The position numbers and the translations under genes are program-made. 20,000 bases of DNA. Origin: an uncultured virus (IMG/VR IMGVR_UViG_3300042691_042722). Lineage: Duplodnaviria; Heunggongvirae; Uroviricota; Caudoviricetes. The notes beneath the pieces are model-generated. The model ran no database searches and had not been told where the DNA came from. It worked only from the letters and a program-made list of their open reading frames with translations. The number at the start of each line of letters is the position of its first letter. Within the stretch, counting starts at the first letter, position 1. The DNA lies in IMG/VR virus record IMGVR_UViG_3300042691_042722. One strand, given 5' to 3'. Of the stretch, positions 6,210 to 14,274 are shown piece by piece.

Positions 6210-8720
6210 ATGAAGAAAGATATCAATATTCTTAATGAGTTAAGAAGATATAGGTTATTGATGAATTATAATACTTCAAAAACATTTACAGATAATTTAA
6301 ATATTTTAAATGAACAAGATCCCGCTGAAGGTCAATTATATACTGGCGATAATAACAATCAAGGTAAATTATATTGTAGTAAAATTGATCAGGAAACTAC
6401 GCAACGTGTGAAAGATATTTTCAAAAAAATTGAAAGAGCAGCAAAAGGACATTTAAGAATGGTTGGGACTCTTGAATCAGATTTTGTTAAAGCTATTGAA
6501 ATGTTATCTAGTAAAGAGGAGGTTGCACAACTTGATAAGTATGTATATTGTAAAACAGAATTTAGCGGATTGAAAACTTTTATATGGTATGAATTTAGTG
6601 AAGAACATGATTGGAATATAAAGTGTAAAAGAAAAATGGATGCTTGGCTTAATAAATTAGGAGTAAATTTTAATTTATGTTACAATTGTAGATTGAGTAC
6701 AGAAAAAGGTCCCGATGTTCTTGCCCCTGGTTCGGCGGAATATGACACATATGGTATGTTTAAAAGGATTAGAAACTTCAAACCACAATATGGACGGAAA
6801 AAGTATCCTTATCCTTATTCTACAAATCAACCTGAAGCACCTAATCACCCCAAAGTTGATATACCATATACCGGAAACCTTAAAACTGATGCGGAATTGT
6901 GGAAAGAACGTATGAGAAAAAACTATAATGACCAATATCCTGCTGAGTATTTTGGGGAAGATGAGGAGTCGTGGACTATGAAATTTGGTTATAGACAAAA
7001 TTATGACACTAAAGTTTACCAAACAAGAACACATGAAATTCAGAAAGCTTTCTATGATGGTACCCCAATACCACCTTGGGGGGAATTTGTTGAAGGTAAA
7101 GTTTATGTTGATCCACCTCCTAATTGGTGGGAATTTGAAGATGAAAAAGTAGATAGGGAAGAACAGCGTATTAATGCTGAAAAACAAAGAAACTTTAATG
7201 TTTATCCAAATTATTGTGGAAAAAATGGTAAATATAGTGATGTTGCACTACCAATACCTGAAAACCCAAAAGGGGCTGAAGGTGAGGATGCGGCGATTAG
7301 GGCACATTGTTTCTATCAAGGTCCAAACAAAAAGGGAATTTGGGTTAGTTCTCAAAGTGAGATTAAGTTTATGAGTATGTATACAGGTTATACTATGCAA
7401 AAAAATGTAAATAGTATTATGACAAAGTATAAAGTACCTGAAGATAAAAGATCTATTGTTGAAGAACAATGGAATAAAGTTTTCCCTACGGGATGTGTTA
7501 TGGAGTTTTCCGATGAAGATTTATTAACAACAAGAGCAGCAACAAATAAAGCGCATTATAGATTCAATACAAAAACTTACGAAATTAGTTTTCTTGGATA
7601 TTATTTGTATACAACTGATGCAAATAATAAACCTCAAGTAAGTGATAAACCAATTGAGCTTCCAGGATGGGTAGATGAACGAACTTCAAGACAACAATTT
7701 GTGGATAAATGGTATAATTGGATTAATTGGGCTGGATTAGCGGTTGCCGCAGCTTCTATAATATTTACTAGAGGAGGAGGAACTTGGATTGTAGCCGGAG
7801 AAATCATGACAGAATTGGCAATAAATTCAGTTATAGGTTATAGAGATTTTGAAAAAGGTGACTACTTTGGTGCTGCTATGTCTTTCGTTTTCGCAACCAT
7901 TCCTATGTTCAAAACATTAAATTGGGTACAGGGATTAGATGAGGCATCTCTTCTAAGAGTTTCTGATTCAATTAAAAATTCCGGTTTGACCGCCGCATCT
8001 ACAGATATTGAATGGTTAAGATGGTTAAACACACTTGGAGATACTGATAAGATAACTTTTTCTAAAATATTTGATGATGCGTTTACCAGAAAAAAATTGT
8101 TGCAAAGATTAGAACGTTTAAAAATGGATCCGAGAGGTGCGAAAGAGACTGTAAATGCATTAACAAAATTATATGGAAAAAAAGAATATAAAACTTTATT
8201 CAAAGATATAAAGTGGACAAAACAATTGTGGGCGAAAGAACTAGCGGCATATGGGGGTGCATTGTTTGTTGAGGTTTGTCTTGAGTTAATTTTTGGAGAT
8301 TCTTTGGACCCTCAAGTTGTTCAGGATTTAGAAGGAGTTTTTCAAAACATTCCAAAAGAAAGGGAAAAAGAATTGGGTTTAAATCTTGTTTCAAATGCGG
8401 AAATAGTTAATTCGAAACCAGAGGTTAAAAAAGCTTTGAATGAGGTGTCTAAAGATCAAATTAACAAACAATATAAGGATAAGGCGGTTAGAGAAATTAA
8501 AAATTTTGTTGCAATAAAAGATTCAATCATAAATGCGGGCGGTAATTATGAAGAAATTATGGCTAAAGAAGATGAAGTTAATATAGAAAAAGCAATAAAA
8601 GATGGATATGTAAAGTGTGATGAATTCAAAAAAGAGGATTGTCCAGGAACCACAGGTACAATAGAAACATTAATATTTGGTGATGTTCAGTATTGCAAAT
8701 GTATTCCATTAGCCCCTTAA
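6210..8720 (+). CDS. Large hypothetical protein, putative virion internal/ejected protein with an annexin-like repeat and a hydrophobic hairpin
   Basis: 836 aa. Leader ILNELRRYRLLMNY...ILNEQ, annexin-like segment at aa about 68-130, hydrophobic region WINWAGLAVAAASIIF...AAMSFVFATIP, and a Cys-rich C-terminus. Confidence 0.75.
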   Translation: MKKDINILNELRRYRLLMNYNTSKTFTDNLNILNEQDPAEGQLYTGDNNNQGKLYCSKIDQETTQRVKDIFKKIERAAKGHLRMVGTLESDFVKAIEMLSSKEEVAQLDKYVYCKTEFSGLKTFIWYEFSEEHDWNIKCKRKMDAWLNKLGVNFNLCYNCRLSTEKGPDVLAPGSAEYDTYGMFKRIRNFKPQYGRKKYPYPYSTNQPEAPNHPKVDIPYTGNLKTDAELWKERMRKNYNDQYPAEYFGEDEESWTMKFGYRQNYDTKVYQTRTHEIQKAFYDGTPIPPWGEFVEGKVYVDPPPNWWEFEDEKVDREEQRINAEKQRNFNVYPNYCGKNGKYSDVALPIPENPKGAEGEDAAIRAHCFYQGPNKKGIWVSSQSEIKFMSMYTGYTMQKNVNSIMTKYKVPEDKRSIVEEQWNKVFPTGCVMEFSDEDLLTTRAATNKAHYRFNTKTYEISFLGYYLYTTDANNKPQVSDKPIELPGWVDERTSRQQFVDKWYNWINWAGLAVAAASIIFTRGGGTWIVAGEIMTELAINSVIGYRDFEKGDYFGAAMSFVFATIPMFKTLNWVQGLDEASLLRVSDSIKNSGLTAASTDIEWLRWLNTLGDTDKITFSKIFDDAFTRKKLLQRLERLKMDPRGAKETVNALTKLYGKKEYKTLFKDIKWTKQLWAKELAAYGGALFVEVCLELIFGDSLDPQVVQDLEGVFQNIPKEREKELGLNLVSNAEIVNSKPEVKKALNEVSKDQINKQYKDKAVREIKNFVAIKDSIINAGGNYEEIMAKEDEVNIEKAIKDGYVKCDEFKKEDCPGTTGTIETLIFGDVQYCKCIPLAP

Positions 8721-9037
8721 AAAATAAAACTAATCAATATTTCCCAAAAATTTTTTTCTTTTTTACAATGTTTGGATGGTACAAAATTTTCGGGAAACAC
8801 AAAATTCTCAACCGCCTTTTCAGTCATAAATTTACTAACTTTTTTTATATTATCTGTACTTGATTTTAGAATATGATTGAAAACATCATTAGGACTTATT
8901 TCTATAATTTGATCTTTAGAATATGAGGTATTGTCAGACATATAATAAATTTCAATATTATCAATAATTTCTGAGTCTGAAATTATTTTGATTGTCTCAC
9001 ATTTTTTTACTATCACGTTTTGCCCTGACTGATACAT
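8717..9037 (-). CDS. Hypothetical protein
   Basis: 106-aa ORF filling the gap between two large + strand genes, with TACTTTTG (TAnnTTTG) upstream on the minus strand at 9053-9060. Confidence 0.6.
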   Translation of the reverse strand: MYQSGQNVIVKKCETIKIISDSEIIDNIEIYYMSDNTSYSKDQIIEISPNDVFNHILKSSTDNIKKVSKFMTEKAVENFVFPENFVPSKHCKKEKNFWEILISFIF

Positions 9038-9052
9038 AATTTATTTTTTTTT

Positions 9053-9106
9053 CAAAAGTACGTATATTTATTTGAATAATAAAATATTTATAAAAAAGTA
9101 CTTTTG
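9053..9106. promoter_or_regulatory. Divergent control region with two TACTTTTG elements in inverted orientation flanking two TATTTAT motifs
   Basis: CAAAAGTAC (9053-9061) and GTACTTTTG (9098-9106) form an inverted pair. TATTTAT occurs at 9065-9071 and 9085-9091. Confidence 0.5.
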
Positions 9107-9107
9107 T

Positions 9108-11138
9108 ATGAATAACAGAAGAATATTATTGGAAGAAATTAACAGAATTCATGAAATAATGGGAATTCCAAAAAAAAGATTGATTCTTGAAAATAGATGG
9201 GATAGTCTTGTTTCTTTTACTGATGAAATAATTCCAAGTTTTGTAAAGACTTATGATGAAGTAACCGGAGCCTTGAAAAAAGTCATCGTACCAGGTAGAG
9301 GTACTGCTTTAGATGAATCTGAGTTTAACGAACTACAGAGAATTATGAAAAGTTCAAATGCGGATGATTGGGTCAATGGACCACCAAAAATAATGGATGA
9401 AATTTATTATCTGATAAAATCTTCTTATAATCCAAACAAACCAGGAGTTGTAGATACAATATACGAGGATTTAATCGGTGAATTGTGTAGAAGAAGTGAT
9501 GTGAGTGAAGCTGAATTATTGGACGCTCTTAATACTTTAGCCAAAAGAAACAACACGAGTTTGACCGGACAATTGGCTCTGATGGGAATTGATAATCCAT
9601 TTTTTACAAAAACTTTAGGAGCTAAATTAAGTGATAGACTAGTTAATTCAAAAAAATTGGGAACAACATTCGATGATTTGAATCCGAAAGGAACAAGATT
9701 GAAACCTCAAATTCAAAATGCAATTAATAAAGTTATAGTTGAACCACCTCCGGGATTATCACTTTTTCATAAATGCGTTTTCACATGGTTAACTTTACCT
9801 AAATGGGCGTTGCTAGCTGGAAGTATTCAAAAATACTACGCTAAATGGGTTGCCGATGCATCTGCAAATCTGAAAACTTTAGAACAACAAATTGAAGCGG
9901 TTACAGGGGATATAATTGAGGCTAATAGAATTGTAACACAAGATATTGGAACTATATCATCAGATGAAGTTGTAGTACGACTGACAAGAGCGGCATATGG
10001 TTCACAATCAATTTTGGCAAAATCAAAAGCTGAAGATGTGGAATCTTTATATTTAGAAATTGAAAAACTTTTGAAAGAATCTTTACCGGCAGACCAAGCA
10101 GCAAAAATACCTGAAATAATGCAAGAATTGAGAAAAGTTGATCCTTTTGATACTATAAATTATAAAGGAAATTATGTTGATAATTTTTTATCGGGCACCG
10201 CAACTGCGAAAACTATAGATAACTTTTTAGGGATGTTATCAATTTTCAGGGGTAACGCAACAAAGGCTAAAGAAAGCTTGAAAGAATTTATGCAAAGAGC
10301 ACTTTATTTTACTTTAATTGGTACCCCTAAATCAGCTTTTGAAATTAATAGTTTTATAAGAACTGGTCAACTTTTTGGAAGTCCTTGGTATAAAAGTAAG
10401 GTACTTCAATTATTTGGGCAAATGTGGGTATCAACCAAAATTGGAATGCCGATAACTTACTTTGCTTTTTATTTAGCAAAAGACATTTGGGGATATTGGA
10501 TTCAACTTGGTAATCCTGACAGTATTACTTGGGGACAATTTGTAGATGATTTGTGGGGTAAATCGGTAAGTAACAAAGGTATTATTGATAAAGACGTGAA
10601 ATTTGGACCTACGGCGGATGCAATAATTCAAAGTGATTTAGTAACATTTCTAACACCTATACATTTAAACTTCGTGGGTTGGGGGATTGATCTAGGACAA
10701 GTTCTTACAGATATTAAAGATGACAAGATAAACGCTCCAGAATTTAAACCTGGACCAGTTATAGATACACTTAAAAAGAAAACTACTGAAGTAATTGATG
10801 GTGCTAAGGAACTGTCAGAAGAACAAATCAAAGAAGCGAACAGACAAAAGGATAGTGCTTTCAAGGCCATGGAAGAAGCTAAAACTAAAGTGGAGGCGTA
10901 TAAAAAAATGATTGATAGTACAACGAATCAACAAAACGCGATGGCTCAATCTACCGCACAAAATTTCTCAAAAAAATTTGGTTCAAGAGCTTCAAAATGG
11001 TGTGGTGATGATTTAGTTGGTGTTCTTACTGATGGTTCTTACGTCGCATTTGATGGGGATATAGGTGATTGGGTGACATTTTCTCTTAGTGAGGAGGACA
11101 AAAAATCTTATTGTAAAACAAATGTAACAAACTTTTAA
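9108..11138 (+). CDS. Large hypothetical protein, putative virion internal/ejected membrane-interacting protein
   Basis: ATG 9108 (MNNRRILLEEINRIHEIMG...LILE) is preferred over TTG 9072. Mostly helical, with a hydrophobic segment near 10400-10510 and a coiled-coil C-terminal region. Confidence 0.75.
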   Translation: MNNRRILLEEINRIHEIMGIPKKRLILENRWDSLVSFTDEIIPSFVKTYDEVTGALKKVIVPGRGTALDESEFNELQRIMKSSNADDWVNGPPKIMDEIYYLIKSSYNPNKPGVVDTIYEDLIGELCRRSDVSEAELLDALNTLAKRNNTSLTGQLALMGIDNPFFTKTLGAKLSDRLVNSKKLGTTFDDLNPKGTRLKPQIQNAINKVIVEPPPGLSLFHKCVFTWLTLPKWALLAGSIQKYYAKWVADASANLKTLEQQIEAVTGDIIEANRIVTQDIGTISSDEVVVRLTRAAYGSQSILAKSKAEDVESLYLEIEKLLKESLPADQAAKIPEIMQELRKVDPFDTINYKGNYVDNFLSGTATAKTIDNFLGMLSIFRGNATKAKESLKEFMQRALYFTLIGTPKSAFEINSFIRTGQLFGSPWYKSKVLQLFGQMWVSTKIGMPITYFAFYLAKDIWGYWIQLGNPDSITWGQFVDDLWGKSVSNKGIIDKDVKFGPTADAIIQSDLVTFLTPIHLNFVGWGIDLGQVLTDIKDDKINAPEFKPGPVIDTLKKKTTEVIDGAKELSEEQIKEANRQKDSAFKAMEEAKTKVEAYKKMIDSTTNQQNAMAQSTAQNFSKKFGSRASKWCGDDLVGVLTDGSYVAFDGDIGDWVTFSLSEEDKKSYCKTNVTNF

Positions 11139-11147
11139 TTTAAATTT

Positions 11148-12734
11148 ATGGAAAAAAAATATTTAGATTTTAAAATAAAAAAAATAGTCAATGAAATTTT
11201 GAAAAGCGAAATCACTAATCAAAATATCAACGAAAGAAAAAAAACATTAATAAAAGAAGCTGATCAGTGTCCAGCAGGATTTAGGCCCGTACCCAAAGTT
11301 AAGTATAATCAGGTGGTTAATGACCCTAACTATGAAACACAAATAGTAGGTAGTTTATATTGTATAAAAGAGAAAAATAATACAAACACAGGAGGTCAAA
11401 CAGGAGGTCAAACAGGTGGACAAACAGGTGGTCAAACAGGTGGAGGAGGAAATGTCACATTAACTCTACCAGATTGGGCTGCCAAATCTGAATGTTTGAG
11501 AAAAAGTACAGCATACGCAGAAAACGGCGAAGTCAAACATAAAAATGAAAAAGGAGAAGTTACAACTTTATATCAAAATGGTGATGCAAAAAAAGATGCA
11601 AATCCCAATTGTACCGGTAAGTGGCAATGTAAAGGGGAAGAAACTTATATAACAATCTCATGTAACGAAACATCAGGTGGAGGATCGGTCAACTCAGAAT
11701 CTGAAGGATCAAACGATGGTACATACCCGTACTGTGTTACTGATCAACAGCAAGTTGGTGGTTATTTCTATGGTAATGCCACAGATGATGAGGGAATTGA
11801 ATATACTGTCCAATATGGGTCGCAAACAAAGGTTTTCAGAGGAGAAAATGGTAATGCGGCATTTATAACGCCAAAAGATGGATCTAAAGGGATACCAGCC
11901 TTTTACAAATGTGTTGGGACGAGAATAATTATACTTGATCAGAATGGGGTATCCTACACTGCAAGTAAAATAAGTGCTCAGAAATATAGATCAACTGCGG
12001 ATTATGGAACTGTATTAAAATATTACAATGACATTCCTAATCTTTTCACGTTGACCGCAGATCAAACTGGAATTTTAGATATAAAAAGGGATTTATTTCA
12101 AAATGCGTTAGAAACTGTCACTGATTTAGTTAATGCAGGTTTCAGAGGAAATGCAATAGGAAGATTTTATAATCTTTTCCCTGCGATGAGAGCTTTCTTA
12201 GAAAAAGAAAATCCCGCTGATGATTTATTACAAATGATAACTGACGCTGAAGAAAGTATGAAAAATGTCAAGTCAACATATACACAATATGATCAAAAAT
12301 TCAATTCAAAAACAGACCCCTCAGGAACAAACTTTAATAATTATAAACTAAACGATTTTGCAAGTGTTGAACCATTTGATAAAACAAAGTTTTTGGTATA
12401 TATAAACAAAGATTTACAGGGAAGTGCGGCTGAGAAAATGAAAGACCAATCTGACTTTGAATCTCAGCAAAAGGAAAGAGGTTTGGATGAAAGGGCTTGT
12501 AAATCACTGTTATCAACATATTTAAGAGTTTCCGGATTATCTCAATATATCCCTAAAGAGTATCAAGGTTCAGATAAGTATTCAAGTTCAGGTATTGACC
12601 AAAATACGTTGAACCGCTTTAAAACTCAAATTATACAATGTAATAACTCAGGATTTTATGATGGTAAAGATTTCAGAAAGGGTAGAGATCAACTCAGATC
12701 TGTAAAAGATCCATATAAAGTGAATTTTAATTAA
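11148..12734 (+). CDS. Hypothetical Cys-containing multidomain protein, putative virion protein
   Basis: 528 aa. Leader KKIVNEIL...INE...LIKEA, TGGQ linker repeat, and two similar Cys-bounded beta-rich modules. Confidence 0.75.
   Translation: MEKKYLDFKIKKIVNEILKSEITNQNINERKKTLIKEADQCPAGFRPVPKVKYNQVVNDPNYETQIVGSLYCIKEKNNTNTGGQTGGQTGGQTGGQTGGGGNVTLTLPDWAAKSECLRKSTAYAENGEVKHKNEKGEVTTLYQNGDAKKDANPNCTGKWQCKGEETYITISCNETSGGGSVNSESEGSNDGTYPYCVTDQQQVGGYFYGNATDDEGIEYTVQYGSQTKVFRGENGNAAFITPKDGSKGIPAFYKCVGTRIIILDQNGVSYTASKISAQKYRSTADYGTVLKYYNDIPNLFTLTADQTGILDIKRDLFQNALETVTDLVNAGFRGNAIGRFYNLFPAMRAFLEKENPADDLLQMITDAEESMKNVKSTYTQYDQKFNSKTDPSGTNFNNYKLNDFASVEPFDKTKFLVYINKDLQGSAAEKMKDQSDFESQQKERGLDERACKSLLSTYLRVSGLSQYIPKEYQGSDKYSSSGIDQNTLNRFKTQIIQCNNSGFYDGKDFRKGRDQLRSVKDPYKVNFN
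11388..11450 (+). repeat. 12-bp tandem repeat encoding (TGGQ)x4 plus TGGGG linker
   Basis: acaggaggtcaa acaggaggtcaa acaggtggacaa acaggtggtcaa acaggtggaggagga. Confidence 0.9.
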
Positions 12735-12741
12735 AAAATTT

Positions 12742-13440
12742 ATGATTAAAAGATTAATAAGAGAAAAATTAATTGAAACAAAGATAAATAAAAAAAATCT
12801 TGTTGTTGAGGATAAAATAGTTAGGTCCAAATTTAAATTTTTGTTTGAAAACCATAATTTACACACCAAAAGACATGTAAATGTTTTTTTCATTAACATG
12901 TTAGTTGAAATGGTTCAATTATATAAAAAAGGTTATAATCCGAATGTAATTTCGGAAAATGTAACCAATGTTTTTGATGTATTGAAAAATTTATTTGGTG
13001 GATCAGAAAACAAAGTAGTTGAGGTATTCAAACAGAAAGGTATAGATTGGATATTAGAAAAGTTAGAAATAAGTAGTAATGATTCTTTGGGTGAATATTT
13101 AAGAGATGTTTTGAATCAAACAGAGTTAAGTGAAGTTCCACAATTGTTATCAGATTGTAACTTTCTTTCAAAAAAAATTGCTCAATCTGTAAAAGAAAAT
13201 TATTTGAAGGACTTGGAAGATACACAGAATAGTAAATTCATGATTGTTGTAAAAGATGCATTTCATAATGTAGTTCAAAATAGTGATGTTGAAACAAGAT
13301 TGGAGTCTAATATTTATAATATTATTTGTCCATTGATTGACGAAATTGAAACTAAGTTTGAAGAACAATTGGCTAATATGAAATCTAAATTGGTTGGAGG
13401 TGAAAACTCAACCATTGACATTGAAGATCAGCAGATGTAA
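12742..13440 (+). CDS. Hypothetical helical protein
   Basis: 232 aa, co-oriented with the upstream block, with an N-terminal LIRE/LIE/VVE/LFE leader. Confidence 0.75.
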   Translation: MIKRLIREKLIETKINKKNLVVEDKIVRSKFKFLFENHNLHTKRHVNVFFINMLVEMVQLYKKGYNPNVISENVTNVFDVLKNLFGGSENKVVEVFKQKGIDWILEKLEISSNDSLGEYLRDVLNQTELSEVPQLLSDCNFLSKKIAQSVKENYLKDLEDTQNSKFMIVVKDAFHNVVQNSDVETRLESNIYNIICPLIDEIETKFEEQLANMKSKLVGGENSTIDIEDQQM

Positions 13441-13489
13441 AAATCTGTTATCATAAATGAGAAAAAAGAAAGGGGGTATTTCTTAATCT

Positions 13490-13520
13490 ACCAAAAAGGA
13501 GTTTACACTCCTTTTTTGGT
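13490..13520. terminator. Bidirectional intrinsic terminator between convergent genes
   Basis: AAAAAGGAGT-TTAC-ACTCCTTTTT hairpin, extendable by ACC/GGT. The clpP stop codon lies in the loop. Confidence 0.7.
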
Positions 13521-14180
13521 TTTTACGATTTCATCAATAATTCCGTACTTCAAAGCTTGTTCACTATCTAACCATAAATCTCTTTGAGCGTCTTTTTTAA
13601 CCTGACTTTTTGTTTTTCCACAAAAATCACCTAATAATTCAAAAAGAATATCGTTCAATTTAGTCCATTCTTTCATATCAATTTCCGCGTCTTGAATATT
13701 TCCGTGGAAACCTCCTGATGACTGATGAAGCATTGTTCTTGAAAATCGTAATGATAATCTTTTTCCTTTGGTTCCAGCACCTAAAAGTAACGATCCCATT
13801 GAAGCCGCCATACCGGTATTAATTGTTCTAATATCGGACTTAATGAATTGCATAACATCAATCATACTTAATCCGGATTTCACCGAACCTCCGGGGGAAT
13901 CAACATGCATTGTAATATCTGAATTATCAACAGAATCTAAGAACATAAGTTGAGCCTGGACTACAGTAGACATATTATCATTAACCGGACCTGCAACCCA
14001 TAGGATTCTGTCTCTCATCAATCTTGAGAAGATATCCATTTGTGTTACTCTCATTTCCCTTTCTTCCAAAATATAAGGAGTCATTGAGTTTTCAACCTGA
14101 GAATTGTAATAATCTAAATTTGAAGATGATTTACCTAAATGCTTGGTGTAATAACTTTGAAATTCTTGTTTGTAGTTCAT
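13503..14180 (-). CDS. clpP: ATP-dependent Clp protease proteolytic subunit
   Basis: DIFSRLMRDRI, DSPGGSV, GMAASMG (catalytic Ser), MLHQ (His), RDLW (Asp) and YGIIDEI. The N-terminus TKHLG...TPYILEERE is Bacteroidota-like. Confidence 0.95.
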   Translation of the reverse strand: MNYKQEFQSYYTKHLGKSSSNLDYYNSQVENSMTPYILEEREMRVTQMDIFSRLMRDRILWVAGPVNDNMSTVVQAQLMFLDSVDNSDITMHVDSPGGSVKSGLSMIDVMQFIKSDIRTINTGMAASMGSLLLGAGTKGKRLSLRFSRTMLHQSSGGFHGNIQDAEIDMKEWTKLNDILFELLGDFCGKTKSQVKKDAQRDLWLDSEQALKYGIIDEIVKTKKGV

Positions 14181-14193
14181 AATTACTTTTTTA

Positions 14194-14225
14194 CAAAAAT
14201 ATATTTTTTTTGTGATTGAGTCAAA
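14194..14225 (-). promoter_or_regulatory. Bacteroidota sigmaA-type promoter for clpP
   Basis: Minus strand has TTTG (14225-14222), a 20-nt spacer and TATTTTTG (14201-14194). Confidence 0.65.
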
Positions 14226-14238
14226 ATTAATTTTAATC

Positions 14239-14245
14239 TATTTAT
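14239..14245 (+). promoter_or_regulatory. Putative late motif TATTTAT heading the glycosyltransferase operon
   Basis: Intergenic, 29 nt before ATG 14275. Confidence 0.45.
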
Positions 14246-14274
14246 AAAAGAGACAAATACTATTATATATTTTT

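Noticed and set aside
11388..11450. Tandem repeat considered as a CRISPR or regulatory array
   Set aside because: It is an in-frame 12-bp coding repeat with synonymous variation (TGGQ linker) and no spacers.
13503..14180. ClpP as the prohead protease that cleaves the [ILV]xE leaders
   Set aside because: It resembles cellular ClpP, has a host-type promoter on the opposite strand and is not beside portal/capsid genes. Glu-specific cleavage is characteristic of gp21-type proteases.
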